Shown in pieces: positions 1 to 11,279 of a stretch of DNA of 64,000 nucleotides. The notes under the pieces were generated by a model. That model saw only the letters and a list, made by a program, of their open reading frames with translations, was not told the DNA's origin and did no database searches. Position 1 is the first letter of the stretch, and each line of letters starts with the position of its first letter. The stretch covers positions 10,726,001 to 10,790,000 of the forward strand of contig NC_135830.1 of the NCBI RefSeq assembly GCF_964213995.1, in the 5' to 3' direction. The position numbers were made by a program, and so were the translations under genes. Source of the DNA: Mustelus asterias (Eukaryota).

Positions 1-934
1 AATTAAATTGTTGATCATATTGTTTAATTGAAAAGTAATTAAATTGTTGATCATATTGTTTAATTGAAAAAGTTACACATAAAACAGTACAAAACACAAT
101 GAGGACAATTTATTCAAATCCTCTGCAAGACTGAGACATGATGAAAAATAAGTCGAGATTTTGTTCTTCAGTTTAATATTTAATAATAATTAAACAGAAG
201 TTTCAGATTGAGTAAATTCGTCTGTGCTGACATTTGTTCTTCCTATCATTTTATTCTGTCTGCAGCAGTATTGGAAGACAGAATGTTATTGCTAGGAGCA
301 GAACTAATATAAAACTTCCGTAATTAAACTAATCAGTGTGAATTTCAAGCATTTACTTGCCGTTGTCTGGCGAGCACCTGTCGACACCTTACCACAATTC
401 AAAAACCAAATGAACAATTACTTCATGCTAGCGAACTTCAGCTCTCAGAAAACTGTTTAAGATTAGAGTAGTGATTAATTATCTATCGACATATTACTTT
501 AAAGCAATAATTTGGCTGCGCCTGCAACCGAAAAAAAATGCAATAACAGGATACATACATTACCAAACTGCAATGTAAAACTCCTATTTAAGTGACGGTA
601 AACTTAATTAGCGCAAAACGATTGTTTCAAAATATCTTGTTGAACTAAACGTTGATGTGGAATCAGCCTGTACTCATTGAAATAGTTTCAGAAATAATCA
701 CAAAATGTTTTCAGCCTAGAACCTTTCTCGTTTATGTTAATTGTGTGCAATGCACAGCATAGTTGTGAAAGGGGATTAATGATATCAACATCAAATATTT
801 TTGGTGAATAAGGAGTACATTACCGCGAAGCAATTGTTTCAATTATATTAATTTCACTCTACAAACTTCAAACTTGTTAAGTAAGTATTGATTGTAGCAA
901 TGAATTATATTCTGAATGATTTTTTTTCAGCCAT

Positions 935-2365
935 GCTGTATTTTAATCTGCAATCATCATTTACATTTATAAAAGTGTATCTTTATTTCATTTTTTTCCG
1001 AAACCTGCCTGTTTTTTCCCCGACAATCGTGCTAAAGTATTTTCAAATGCATTGAACCAGAAGACGTGGCACCACGCAGTGTCAACCAGTTTAAACAATG
1101 CAGAAGCAATACCGAAACTCCAAACCATTCCACAAATTATAAACATTTTAAGTCACCCAGATACACAATCTCCTCAGCAGAAAAATACTAAAACACATCA
1201 CCGAGGGAATGAACCCCGTTTTATGGAGAAGCAGCTCAATTATCCATTCAACAGAAATAAATGTAACATCGCACGAAGATCTCAATACGGAATCCAGCAG
1301 AAGATCTCGTCACCAAATTATTAAACTAAACAGCAATCTGGAATGATAACAATAATATTGTGAAGAGGTGGAATATGTCCAACAAATTAATATTGAAACT
1401 TTATCACATTTTATTCATATTGGATCACATTTCAAAGAGACTTCAAACATATTTAAACATTTCGATGGGAAAAGCTGCAGCCATCAGATGCCACCGAAAT
1501 TAAACATTGCAGGTATCACAAATTGTGAATTCAGTGACAAACTATGTTCTGAACGAACGGCGTAAACCGTGCCTTAGTTTAATCTGGAATTATCATTTGA
1601 GATTTTTTTTAAAAACTGCAATAAATCTTGCCTGAGTTCTGCCTGCAATCATGCGTCAAGCAGTTTCAAACGTGTTGAATGTTTGTATTCAATCACAAAG
1701 AGTGTAACAGCTCAGTGTCACCGAGTGTAAACAATGCAGAAGCAATACAGAAACACCAAATCATTTCACACATTTTACTTATTCAAAGTCACCCAGACAC
1801 ACAACCACCTCACCACAAAAAAACACATCACTGAGGGACTGAACCCCATTTCATGCAGAAGCAGCTCAATTCCACAAATACTTTCAACAGAACCAAATGT
1901 AAAATTGACAGAGAATCTCAATATAAAATCCAGCCAATCTGTTAATGACAAACCCAATTAATAATTAAATGGACAGAAATATGCCACAACAACACGAGAT
2001 TTGTGAGCAGACGGAACATGATCACTAAATTAATACAGCAATTTTAACATATTTTGTTAATATTGGGTTACATTTCAAACACTTGTGCAGTAGATGGTAC
2101 AACTCGCAGCTATTTGATGTCACCGAGATTAAACATTGCAGAAACGCATAACTGTTTAACAGAAGTTCGGTATTTACAGTAACCCAGCCACACAATGCCC
2201 TCAACAGATAAACACCAAATCACAGCAACCAGAGATTAAATAACTTAGCAGCACCTATTGTCAAGAAGCAGCAGAACTTTTCAACCCTTTCAGCAAAATC
2301 ACATGGACCATTGCAAAATATCTCAATAAAAAATCCACCAAACCCACATTTCAATTAGTTAATGA
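935..2365. repeat. Diverged ~636-bp tandem repeat in the JH-C intron (two clear copies plus a partial third)
   Basis: cagtgtca..aaacaatgcagaagcaatac..aagtcacccaga.acacaa starts at ~1077 and ~1713; ttaaacattgcag occurs at ~1500 and ~2129; a partial copy lies at ~2175-2365. Confidence 0.75.
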
Positions 2366-2438
2366 ATTACTAAAATAGGAAATAAAATAAAACAAAGGCT
2401 CAAGTGAAGCAGTTGCTCAATAAGTGCACGGTTCTTAC

Positions 2439-2485
2439 CTGCAGTCACCGTCACCGTGGTCCCTTGTCCCCAGGATGGGAAGTGT
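2439..2485 (-). other. IGHJ: Immunoglobulin heavy-chain J segment
   Basis: Minus strand translates to HFPSWGQGTTVTVTA (WGxG motif), ending at a phase-1 donor G|GTAAG at 2439/2438. Confidence 0.96.
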
Positions 2486-2524
2486 CACTGTGTTACATTC
2501 TCTGGGCTGCACCATACATTAACA
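2486..2524 (+). promoter_or_regulatory. JH recombination signal sequence, 23-bp spacer
   Basis: Heptamer CACTGTG at 2486-2492, 23-nt spacer, nonamer ACATTAACA at 2516-2524. Confidence 0.9.
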
Positions 2525-2810
2525 TGCTCTAAACACAATAGACCATTATTTTAAATATTCACAAAGCACAAGGCAAGTAAATCAATGAAGCCTTTCGCTC
2601 TTCATAAATGACCCTAATGATTTATATTTCACAGAGTAACACATGAACATGTTATTGAAAACAACAACTGATAATCGAACAATTATCATCGAGTTTGCAT
2701 TTTAATTCTTGCCATTCGGGCAATGCTGATCATCGAGAGTACTATACTGAAATTATAGTTGGATTATAGAAGTGACACTGATCCAGCCTCAATCAGTAAG
2801 TGCTGAAAGG

Positions 2811-2889
2811 GGTTTTTGTATTGACGGTAACAGCTGTGCCTGCCAGTTCGACCCAACATATCACAGTGACACACACCCGCACAAAAACT
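2811..2889 (-). other. IGHD: IgH D segment (coding 2839-2861, ATATGTTGGGTCGAACTGGCAGG) flanked by two 12-bp-spacer RSSs
   Basis: GGTTTTTGT (2811-2819) + 12 nt + AGCTGTG (2832-2838) on one side; CACAGTG (2862-2868) + 12 nt + ACAAAAACT (2881-2889) on the other. Confidence 0.95.
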
Positions 2890-3241
2890 GCACTCACTCT
2901 CTGTTCAGTACTGCCGCTCACTATTCACTTCAAATAGAACGTTATTTCTGATCTCATTTATCAGTTAGGCAGCAGTTTATCGATCACAAAGTCAGACATA
3001 TTAAAATAAGCATTATTTGCAGGTCTGGAAGTGTTGAAAGTGTCAATAATAAATATAACCACAGCCACAGTCCAACCCCGTTTTCTATGTTTGTCTGTTA
3101 CGTTTTACCGTTACATTTTCGCTGTGTTAGTTTGGTAAGAATCAGCTAGTTGTCTGGTTCAGATCATTGCAGTTAATATTACATGTACAAGAGGTACTGA
3201 ATTTCAGGTTGTGTTGGAAGTTGTTAAATTCCTTCTCGAAC

Positions 3242-3280
3242 TGTTCTTGTCCGGGGGCAGCCCTGGTCCCTATCGCTGGG
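3242..3280 (-). promoter_or_regulatory. VH 23-RSS with defective heptamer (CCCAGCG)
   Basis: Minus strand after TGT ACA TAT: CCCAGCG (3280-3274), 23-nt spacer, ACAAGAACA (3250-3242). Confidence 0.85.
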
Positions 3281-3582
3281 ATATGTACAGTAATAGATGG
3301 CGGTGTCTTCGTTCGTCAGACCAGTCATGTCCAAAGCGAAGGTATTACTTGAAAGGTCTTTGGACGCTGTAAATCGATACTGAATCCCTGGGGAGTAATT
3401 GTTGCTCGATGAACTTGTGTCGTCAAGGAGCCAGTCCAACCCCTGTCCGGGAACCTTTCGGATCCAGTTCATCCAGTCGCTGTCAAGATTGAAGCCACTG
3501 GTTTTACAGGTCAATCTCAGGGAGCCTCCGGGACGCCCGGTCGCTGCCTCTGGCTGAGTCAACACAACCTGCGACTGGACTC
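3281..3582 (-). CDS. IGHV: IgM-type heavy-chain V exon (open frame, unrearranged; probably non-rearrangeable)
   Basis: Acceptor ttttacag|GA at 3583/3582. Translation [66 protein letters not shown] has both conserved Cys and the Trp, and frameworks I recognise as shark IgM VH. Confidence 0.95.
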
Positions 3583-3706
3583 CTGTAAAAATATATCAAA
3601 ATCCCCAAAGATTAATCCTGGCGAAATGATTGCTGAATCTGGAACATTTCAGAGATTGGTTAACAGTGGCTAACAGTGAGAGTCTTGGACAATAAAAACT
3701 ACTCAC

Positions 3707-3752
3707 TGGATAAGAAAGCCAGCAACAAACTGAGAGAAATCGCCGACCTCAT
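3707..3752 (-). CDS. IGHV: IgH V leader exon
   Basis: ATG at 3752 (another in-frame ATG at 3764); MRSAISLSLLLAFLS + A|GTGAGT donor; phase 1 splices in frame to the V exon. Confidence 0.93.
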
Positions 3753-3842
3753 CCTTCTGGTCATATGGAGGAAATGGTTATGTCAGGAACTCAGTGAACA
3801 AACCAGCTCCCGGACTGTTGGATTCCGGTCCCAGTGAGCGGC

Positions 3843-3912
3843 ATTTAAATACCCGGCAGCAGGGGGCGGCTTTCCAGGCGCCGCCTGTTGATTCCCTGCT
3901 GCAGGCGGCGAC
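3843..3912 (-). promoter_or_regulatory. VH promoter: TATA-like TATTTAAAT plus three GC-rich CTCF-like motifs
   Basis: TATTTAAAT on minus strand ~90 bp upstream of the ATG; GCAGCAGGGGGCGG (3856-3869), TCAACAGGCGGCGC (minus, ~3878-3891), GCTGCAGGCGGCGA (~3898-3911). Confidence 0.55.
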
Positions 3913-4329
3913 TGGATCCAGGTCCCTCCTTCCACACCCCCAACAGAATGGACTCCGAGATTTACAATAGTTTGATATTAAAATTGACATTTTATCTGCA
4001 TCGGGATATTTGTTGGGCTGAATGGATTCATTGTGTGAAATGATGATAATGCAGTTCATCATCTCTTCATAAAATAGACTAATTCCGTTGTAAATGTAGT
4101 TATTTTATTTCCACGGCTCTCAGCAGAAGACGAAATTGAAAATGATTAATTTACAGATTCAGAGAGTAATTCCAGGTCTCCATCACATGACAATAATAAA
4201 GCATAATTTATCAGTGGGAATTGTTATCGATTTCTGAAACTAAATGTGCGGATGAACAAAGTGATTCTATTTACAGTGTGGATGGCTATCACTGTGCGAT
4301 TTGGGTTTGGAGATAAGAACGAACTCCTC

Positions 4330-4547
4330 ACATTACACAATGTCTCCTGACTATCCTCAAAATACCCGTAAGCCTCAGGCAGTCCTCTGAAGATTAGCTG
4401 CAAAAGAAACCCGCTTGTCTGATAATTAAGCACTGATAATTAGAACATTACACAATGTCTCCTGACTATCCTCAAAATACCCGTAAGCCTCAGGCAGTCC
4501 TCTGAAGATTAGCTGCAAAAGAAACCCGCTTGTCTGATAATTAAGCA
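4330..4547. repeat. Near-perfect tandem duplication (~103 bp, period 115)
   Basis: acattacacaatgtctcc...ctgataattaagca starts at 4330 and at 4445. Confidence 0.92.
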
Positions 4548-5145
4548 GTGAGCTAATGGAGAAACATAAAATCGGCATCGACTTTTGACAGAGAAGTTAA
4601 TGAATCAGAACGGACAGGGCTACGAGTAGAGGTATCTTCCAGCACACAAATCATTGCAGCTCATTTTATTGGCCACCGGTTGTCGCCCATTCACTGTTAT
4701 TGGGAACACAGGATATCAGGACTTTGCAGCACATTACACAATATCACAAGAATGAATGGTTTTATCTACCACTGAATCAGTTAGAAACTAATCATTTCTG
4801 CACTCATTGGCATCTGTGAGAGCGACTGTTAAACAAACGAAATCAGATTAAACTGTACAACAGAACACGGTGCTAATCAGGTTTAAGTGACGAGCCGTTT
4901 ACATGAGGAGCAGAACTTTCTGAATATTCCAAGAATCCCCGCTGTTCAAGGCAATTTTATGATTTTCTTATAATTTTATTTCTTTTCATTTTTTGCTATT
5001 ACACCGATCTCATTAGACTAACGGATTGTGACCATTAACATCTCTCTCTCGCATTTCATCAAGTTGTTGACAAACAGACATTAATCATTAGATTGACATT
5101 TAATTGAAAGTTACACAAATTAAATGTCATCTATTCACTCTGCTG

Positions 5146-5363
5146 TTTTCTGAACTAGTTAATCACAGAATGAACAGGATATTCATTGAAAATATTTGTT
5201 TAGAAGACATTTAAAATATTTTCTGAACTAGTTAACCATAGAATGAGCAGGATATTCATTGAAAATATTTGTTTAGAAGACATTTAAAATATTTTCTGAA
5301 CTAGTTAATCCCAGAATGAACAGGATATTCATTGAAAATACTTGTTTAGAAGACATATAAAAT
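5146..5363. repeat. Minisatellite, ~73-bp unit x3
   Basis: ttttctgaactagttaa..agaatgaacaggatattcattgaaaata.ttgtttagaagacat repeated three times with no unique spacers. Confidence 0.92.
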
Positions 5364-5864
5364 GTGCCTTTCTGCGATAATGAAAAATGTATTGCTTGAA
5401 TGTTTGAATCCCATTTTCTCCACTCACATTCATGGCAATCTGTCCCACACAGTATTTGGCAACAATCCAGCCTGCTGTCAAACGCCCAATGTTATTTTTA
5501 GGAAACATCTGGGAGTGTTTGTGCAGTAGTTCAAAAATCTGTTTCCTCTGTACTGATCGCGTGGCTGCAAGTGAACTTCAATCTCTTACCATTGTCAATG
5601 AGACCTATTTATAAACTAATCTACCCAGCAACAGTACTGAAGACAATTTAATTTTTAAAGTTGAAAAGCTATTGTTCTCATCTATCAGGAAAGGGAAAGT
5701 ATGCAGCTTCTCTAACACCTTATTATCAACAGGGATGATCTATCGAACACATCATGGACATTGCGATGGATGGATAGAAAGAAATATAGATGCACTGAGA
5801 GATAGCTCAGGGGATATATTTTGTAATGCATAAACATGTATGTTTATGTTTTCTTTCTGCTTGT

Positions 5865-6210
5865 TCTTACCTGGGATGTGGGAGTTGCAGCCAAGACCAG
5901 AATTTGCTGCCTCTCCCTAATTTCCTTTTAATTGATTGGCTTGCTTGGCCATGTCAGAAGACATTGAAAAGTCAGGCACGTTGCGATCTGCCTGGAGCCG
6001 CATCCTGATGAGGCCTGCGAGAGATGGCAGATTTCCTTCACTGATGAATTACAACTGATACCTTGGTCACCATTAGTATGTATTCCAGATTTATTCATTG
6101 AATTGAAGTACCACCAGCTGCCATGGTGATATATAAACCCGTGCCCTCATGACATTGGCGATGCCTCTGGATTACTTTTACGCTGACATTACTATTATGC
6201 CAGTACCTTT
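5865..6210 (-). mobile_element. SacSINE1-like (DeuSINE-type) SINE, diverged
   Basis: Shares gatggcagatttccttc, ccagctgccatgg and ctctggattact blocks with the copies at 23560-23855, 41030-41290 and 63640-63990. Confidence 0.65.
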
Positions 6211-7875
6211 CCAAAAAAAAAGGGATTGTGTTAATTTAGGAATATATGGTACTTGGATGTATGTACATTTTGATTAAAGAATCAGTGAATGGGTTGAATG
6301 AAGTACCAATAGATGGTCATGAAAGATATGTTGTTCTGCAGTTTCATGCTTGTGCTTGACTACAACATGAATGAAGCAGTTTTCAGTTTTTTCCAGTGAT
6401 GTGAGTCTAATACCTTGAATCTCTCCAGATCTTCTGGGTGAAATCCATTCCTCGTGTCATGGTTCAGGTTAGAAACTTCAAAGTGTTTTATGAAACCCGC
6501 CTGAATTATAAGTGTTGTGTCTTGAATTTGGCCAGGATAAGCGTGAGATGTTTCACTTCAGGTATGATCCAAATGACCCAGTATGGAGCTTCTATCGAAC
6601 AAATGTATTTACAAATATAGTTAGCATGTATGGCAATAAAATTAGCAAGGACTTTTATCCGTTACAAACACGAAACAAAGCAACTACTATAATGTATAAC
6701 TCTTAATGAATATCTCTATTGTGTTCCAATTAAAATCAAAACCAATAGACAACAAAAGCTCTTTTCACAGATTTAACACAGCACAGACTAATGTTCACTT
6801 GATACTGGGATCGTTTCTTTTCCTTATGAGACTGCAGCCAAATATTCCTGAGACTCAGAGCAGTTTGCAAACAGGACTGATTTGCAAGACATCTGAGATA
6901 TACTGGTCCACCCCCAAAACAGCAGACTTCAGGAAAGCAACATCTTGTTTTCAGCTGACTACAGAATGTGCAAAATACAAAATAAACAAACAGGGAGAGA
7001 GAAGAACATGATGCTTTTAACACTCGATTTCACAAACTGAAACTAAAATGGAATCCCTGTCACCTGTGTTGCCAACAGGTTCGCTCCTCTCACAATGACA
7101 TCACCTAAGCCTGTGAGCTGCAGAGATCGTGATTTAAAAGAAAACACCTCTTAAAGGAGAACTGACGTCACAGTAAGTTATCGGAAACTAACAAGCTGAA
7201 CCTCACTAAGAGGAGAAGGTTTTGCTGTGGTACTTATGGTTCTTTTCTCTGGTGATGATGAATCTTCATATCCAAGGTAGAAGGAGGGAACAGGATTTGG
7301 TTGAGGATGAAGGATTGCCATATTTTGTACATGTGGTCTATTCAAGCACAATAAATCCCTCAAAATACCATCACCCAATTTAGTGAAGGCAACAGGCTCA
7401 AGACTTAACAACGTGGGAACAGAAATATATTGAAATTCAATGGACAGCTACAAGTTTTAAATTACTTTCCAAAGTCGTGCAACAATGAATCGGGGTTTTA
7501 AGATTCTACAACTTCCCATTAGGTTCAGATAGTCTAATTTAGTCTGTCACTAAACAAATCATCACACACTCCAGTTATATGTCAGTAGTTTCTGTTTGAT
7601 GATGGGGTGATTACGTGTCAATAAAGCACAGAGGCTGCTGGGTAGCTGCTCACTTTCCTCGGTGTGGTTTAATTCCATTTCCCACTGAATTCTGGGACAG
7701 CTTTGATACCTTGTTGACAGAAAGGCAATGACCCCAACTATCTTTCAGGTGGAATTACGAACCAACAAGTTCTCCAAGCAACATGTTTGCTGAGCTGGAA
7801 ATTAAAGTTTCCATTGTCTCCAAACAACGCATGGTCAACATTACTCCCTTGAACCAAGTTGAACAAAAATACATG

Positions 7876-8285
7876 TTGTTCTCACTGGAATGACGGAGGA
7901 TGAGGGGTGACCTAATAGAGGTGTCTAAAATTATGAAAGGCATAGATAGGGTGAGCGGTGGGAAGCCTTGCCCCAGATCGGTGGTGACGTTCACGAGGGG
8001 TCATGGGTTCAAGGTGATGGGGGGGGGTGGGGTGGGAGGTTTAACACGGATATCAGAAGGACGTACTTTACACAGAGGGTGGTGGGGGCCTGGAATGAGC
8101 TGCCTGGCAAGGTGGTGGAGGCGGACACACTGGGAACGTTTAAGACTTATCTAGATAGCCACATGAACGGAGTGGGAATGGAGGGATACAAAAGAATGGT
8201 CTAGTTTGGACCAGGGAGCGGCGCGGGCTTGGAGGGCCGATGGGCCTGTTCCTGTGCTGTATTGTTCTTTGTTCTTTGTTCTTTA
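7876..8285 (+). mobile_element. CR1 LINE 3' fragment
   Basis: RGDLIEV..MKGIDR and FTQRVVGAWN motifs; tail gggcctgttcctgtgctgtattg(ttctttg)n. Confidence 0.92.
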
Positions 8286-8679
8286 TGACCAGAAATTGAG
8301 GCACTTTGCTGTGGTGCTGATCGTAACCTGCATTATTCAACAATGTATACCTGAAATTATTCGCACCTTAAATTTTGGCACCTCCCGCAGAAAGCGATGT
8401 GGTATTACATTTGCATAAGTGGATTATTAATACAGTAACATCATAAATCATATCTGACAGCGACATTTTTACAGTAGTTGCAATTGCAGAGTTTGGCCAG
8501 CAGATGAAATTGAAATATTGACGGTTCACATTGCATGAAACAGATATTGCCTCAATTAATGCTGCACTGCAAACTGTGTCTGTTTATGTTATATTGGGAT
8601 TCATCTGTATTTATTGTAGAAAATATACCGTTTCTAGGGGTTAAAATTGCACTGTATCCTGTTTCAATTAATATTGCAC

Positions 8680-9250
8680 CAGTGCATTGCTATGACTAGG
8701 AGCTGCCTCTGCAGTCCTGACAAATCCAGTCCAAGAAAGATTTGTGCTCTGAAATTAGATGTGCCCCAACCATTCTGCTCAAGTGCAACTAAAATACTGG
8801 CATTTCGTCAACAATGTGTATAATTGTCAGACATGCCCTGTCACAAAAGGCAGGACACATCTAACCTGGCCAATTACCGCCCCATCAATCCTTGCTTGAT
8901 CAACGTAATGGGAAGTTTGAAGCATCATCCTATCAAGTAGCTTTGACTCAGCAATAATCCGCTCAACGATGCTCGGCGTCGGTCCCACCAGGAACACTCC
9001 GTTCCAGAAAACATTTAATTCTAATCCAAATATGAAGGAAATGTTTAAATTAAAGAGGTGAAGTGAGGCTGCCTGCCTTTGACATCAACATAGCATTTGG
9101 CCAATTGTGGCATCTTGATGCCCGGGCAAAATTGCAGTTCTACTCCATAGGGCTGTTTGTGATGGAGGATGCAAAGAAGTATATTTCCCTATTTCGCTTG
9201 CCCTTGTTAGTCTCGAGGTCACGGATATGGAAGGTGCTGTGGAAGAAGTC
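8680..9250 (+). mobile_element. Old degenerate non-LTR retrotransposon RT fragment
   Basis: gccaattaccgccccatc (ANYRPI) at ~8869 and a DI..AF-like motif near 9080; frames are disrupted. Confidence 0.6.
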
Positions 9251-9252
9251 TC

Positions 9253-10432
9253 AAAGAACAAAGAACAATACAGCACAGGAACAGGCCCTTCGGCCCTCCA
9301 AGCCCGTGCCGCTCCCTGGTCCAAACTAGACCATTCTTTTGTATCCCTCCATTCCCACTCCGTTCATATGGCTATCTAGATAAGTCTTAAACGTTCCCAG
9401 TGTGTCCGCCTCCACCACCTTGCCTGGCAGCGCATTCCAGGCCCCCACCACCCTCTGTGTAAAATATGTCCTTCTGATATCTGTATTAAACCTCCCCCCC
9501 TTCACCTTGAACCTATGACCCCTCGTGAACGTCACCACCGACCTGGGGCAAAGCTTCCCACCGTTCTCCCTATCTATGCCTTTCATAATTTTATACACCT
9601 CTATTAAGTCTCCCCTCGTCCTCCGTCTTTTCAGGGAGAACAACCCCAGTTTACCCAAACTCTCCTCATAACTAAGCCCCTCCATATCAGGCAACATCCT
9701 GGTAAACCTCCTCTGTACTCCACGTCCTTCTGGTAGTGTGGTGACCAGAACTGGACGCAGTATTCCAAATGCGGCCGAACCAATGTTCTATACATCTGCA
9801 ACATCAGACCCCAACTTTTATACTCTATGCCCCGTCCTATAAAGGCAAGCATGCCATATGCCTTCTTCACCACCTTCTCCACCTGTGACGTCACCTTCAA
9901 GTATCTGTGGACTTGCACATCCAGGTCCCTCTGCGTATCTACACCCTTTATGGTTCTGCCATTTATCGTATAGCTCCTCCCTACATTATTTCTACCAAAA
10001 TGCATCACTTCGCATTGATCAGGATTGAACTCCATCTGCCATTTCTTTGCCCAAATTTCCAGCCTATCTATATCCTTCTGTAGCCTCTGACAATGCTCCT
10101 CACTATCTGCAAGTCCTGCCAATTTTGTGTCGTCCGCAAACTTACTGATCACCCCAGTTACACCTTCTTCCAGATCGTTTATATAAATCACAAACAGCAG
10201 AGGTCCCAATACAGAGCCCTGCGGAACACCACTAAAAAACACCACTAAAAAATCCGAAAGCTTGTGTGGCTTTTACTACCAAATAAACCTGTTGGACTTT
10301 AACCTGGTGTTGTTAAACTTCTTACTGTGTTTACCCCAGTCCAACGCCGGCATCTCCACATCATGAACACCACCAGTCTCAGGCCTCCAGCCGGAAAAAG
10401 ACTCTTCCACTACCACCCTCTGTCTTCTGTGA
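9253..10432 (-). mobile_element. CR1 LINE 3' part (RT C-terminus), interrupted by a Penelope-like insert
   Basis: ORFs 9631-10245 ([19 protein letters not shown]) and 9326-9697; CR1 tail at 9253. Confidence 0.95.
10253..10365 (+). mobile_element. Penelope-like terminal fragment nested in CR1
   Basis: ccgaaagcttg..aaataaacctgttggactttaacctggtgttg..ccagtccaacgccggcatctccacatcatg, homologous to 23970-24068. The target motif aacaccac(t/c)a occurs at 10225, 10238 and 10366. Confidence 0.7.
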
Positions 10433-10849
10433 CCTCGGCAAGTTGCTGTGTGCATCTTGTCGATGTTACAAAAGGCAGCTAATATGTGTCCGTCGTGAAG
10501 GGAAAGAATGTTGCTGCAACAGCAGGAGCTATCTCAATTTTTGATGTCATTGTCCTCTGTTTATGTTACACTATTTTATTCCCTTGCTGTATTTAACTAG
10601 ACGCCGACAATAGCATTTTGATTGTACAATTTGAACAGCTGCAAGAACGCCAGAGTGTTTTGGGCTGCAAGTTGGCAAATCTGGAATGTTTGCAAGAAAC
10701 GTTATGGCGTTTAATTAGACAGCGCTGATCATTGCTCTCGAGAATTTGATATTCTTATGTTCCCTCCGTTTTGCTGCCTTACCTTCATTTTTTCCACCCC
10801 ATGTCGCGTTCCACGTCATTGCGCATGGTCTCGGGCAGTACTAACTGAG

Positions 10850-11260
10850 GTCAGGTCCAATTTAATATAAACAGATAAATGGTCGAGCGCAGAACTGAGA
10901 CCGCATCTAACGTAATACGAACAGAGACAGGTCTTAATTAAATCAAAGTCAGCATATTGTTTACTAAAAACAGAGGTAGAAGGGATCTTGTTTAATATGA
11001 ACAGAGACATGGTAAGGTGTAATATACACAGAGACAGCGTCTTGTTTAATGTAAACTGAAACACGTTTTAATGTGTTTAAACGTAGGTATAGTCCAATTC
11101 AATACTAACAGAGGCAGAGCCGATGTGAAAATAGAAAGAGGAAATGCCTAGTGCAATATGAACAGAGACAGGGCCTTATTTAATATGAAACAGCAGGGAG
11201 TTTAGTTAGAGTATGGTAAGCAGAGAGAGGGTCACAAACGAATGCAACATAGAGACACGA
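10850..11260. repeat. Degenerate ~27-bp minisatellite (tttaatataaacagagacagggtctag-like)
   Basis: Periodic taatat.aacagagaca; the same family recurs at ~19600-19880, 20430-20700 and 22750-23470. Confidence 0.7.
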
Positions 11261-11279
11261 GCCCATTGCCTGATCAAAC

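Noticed and set aside
1-2438. Ig constant-region exons
   Set aside because: No C1-set Cys/Trp pattern or plausible exon was seen; this is intron, and any C exons would lie beyond the left edge.
3088-3126. Possible second D (D1) RSS (cgctgtg with a T-rich upstream run)
   Set aside because: Poor nonamer, wrong spacing and no partner heptamer on the other side.
3224-3280. C-terminal extension of the V ORF ([18 protein letters not shown]) as CDR3 or a joined VDJ
   Set aside because: It is read-through across the 23-RSS; D and J are separate downstream.
3281-3582. IgNAR or NAR-TCR identity
   Set aside because: The V has a full FR2-CDR2 and IgM-like frameworks. TCR-like V1 has its own leader, and its extra Cys replaces the conserved Trp rather than lying in CDR1.
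5146-5363. CRISPR-like periodicity (also 11280-11900)
   Set aside because: Head-to-tail minisatellites without unique spacers, in vertebrate DNA with no cas genes.
5578-5580. In-frame TGA in the exon-like block as selenocysteine
   Set aside because: No recognisable selenoprotein motif or SECIS; a nonsense change or chance is simpler.
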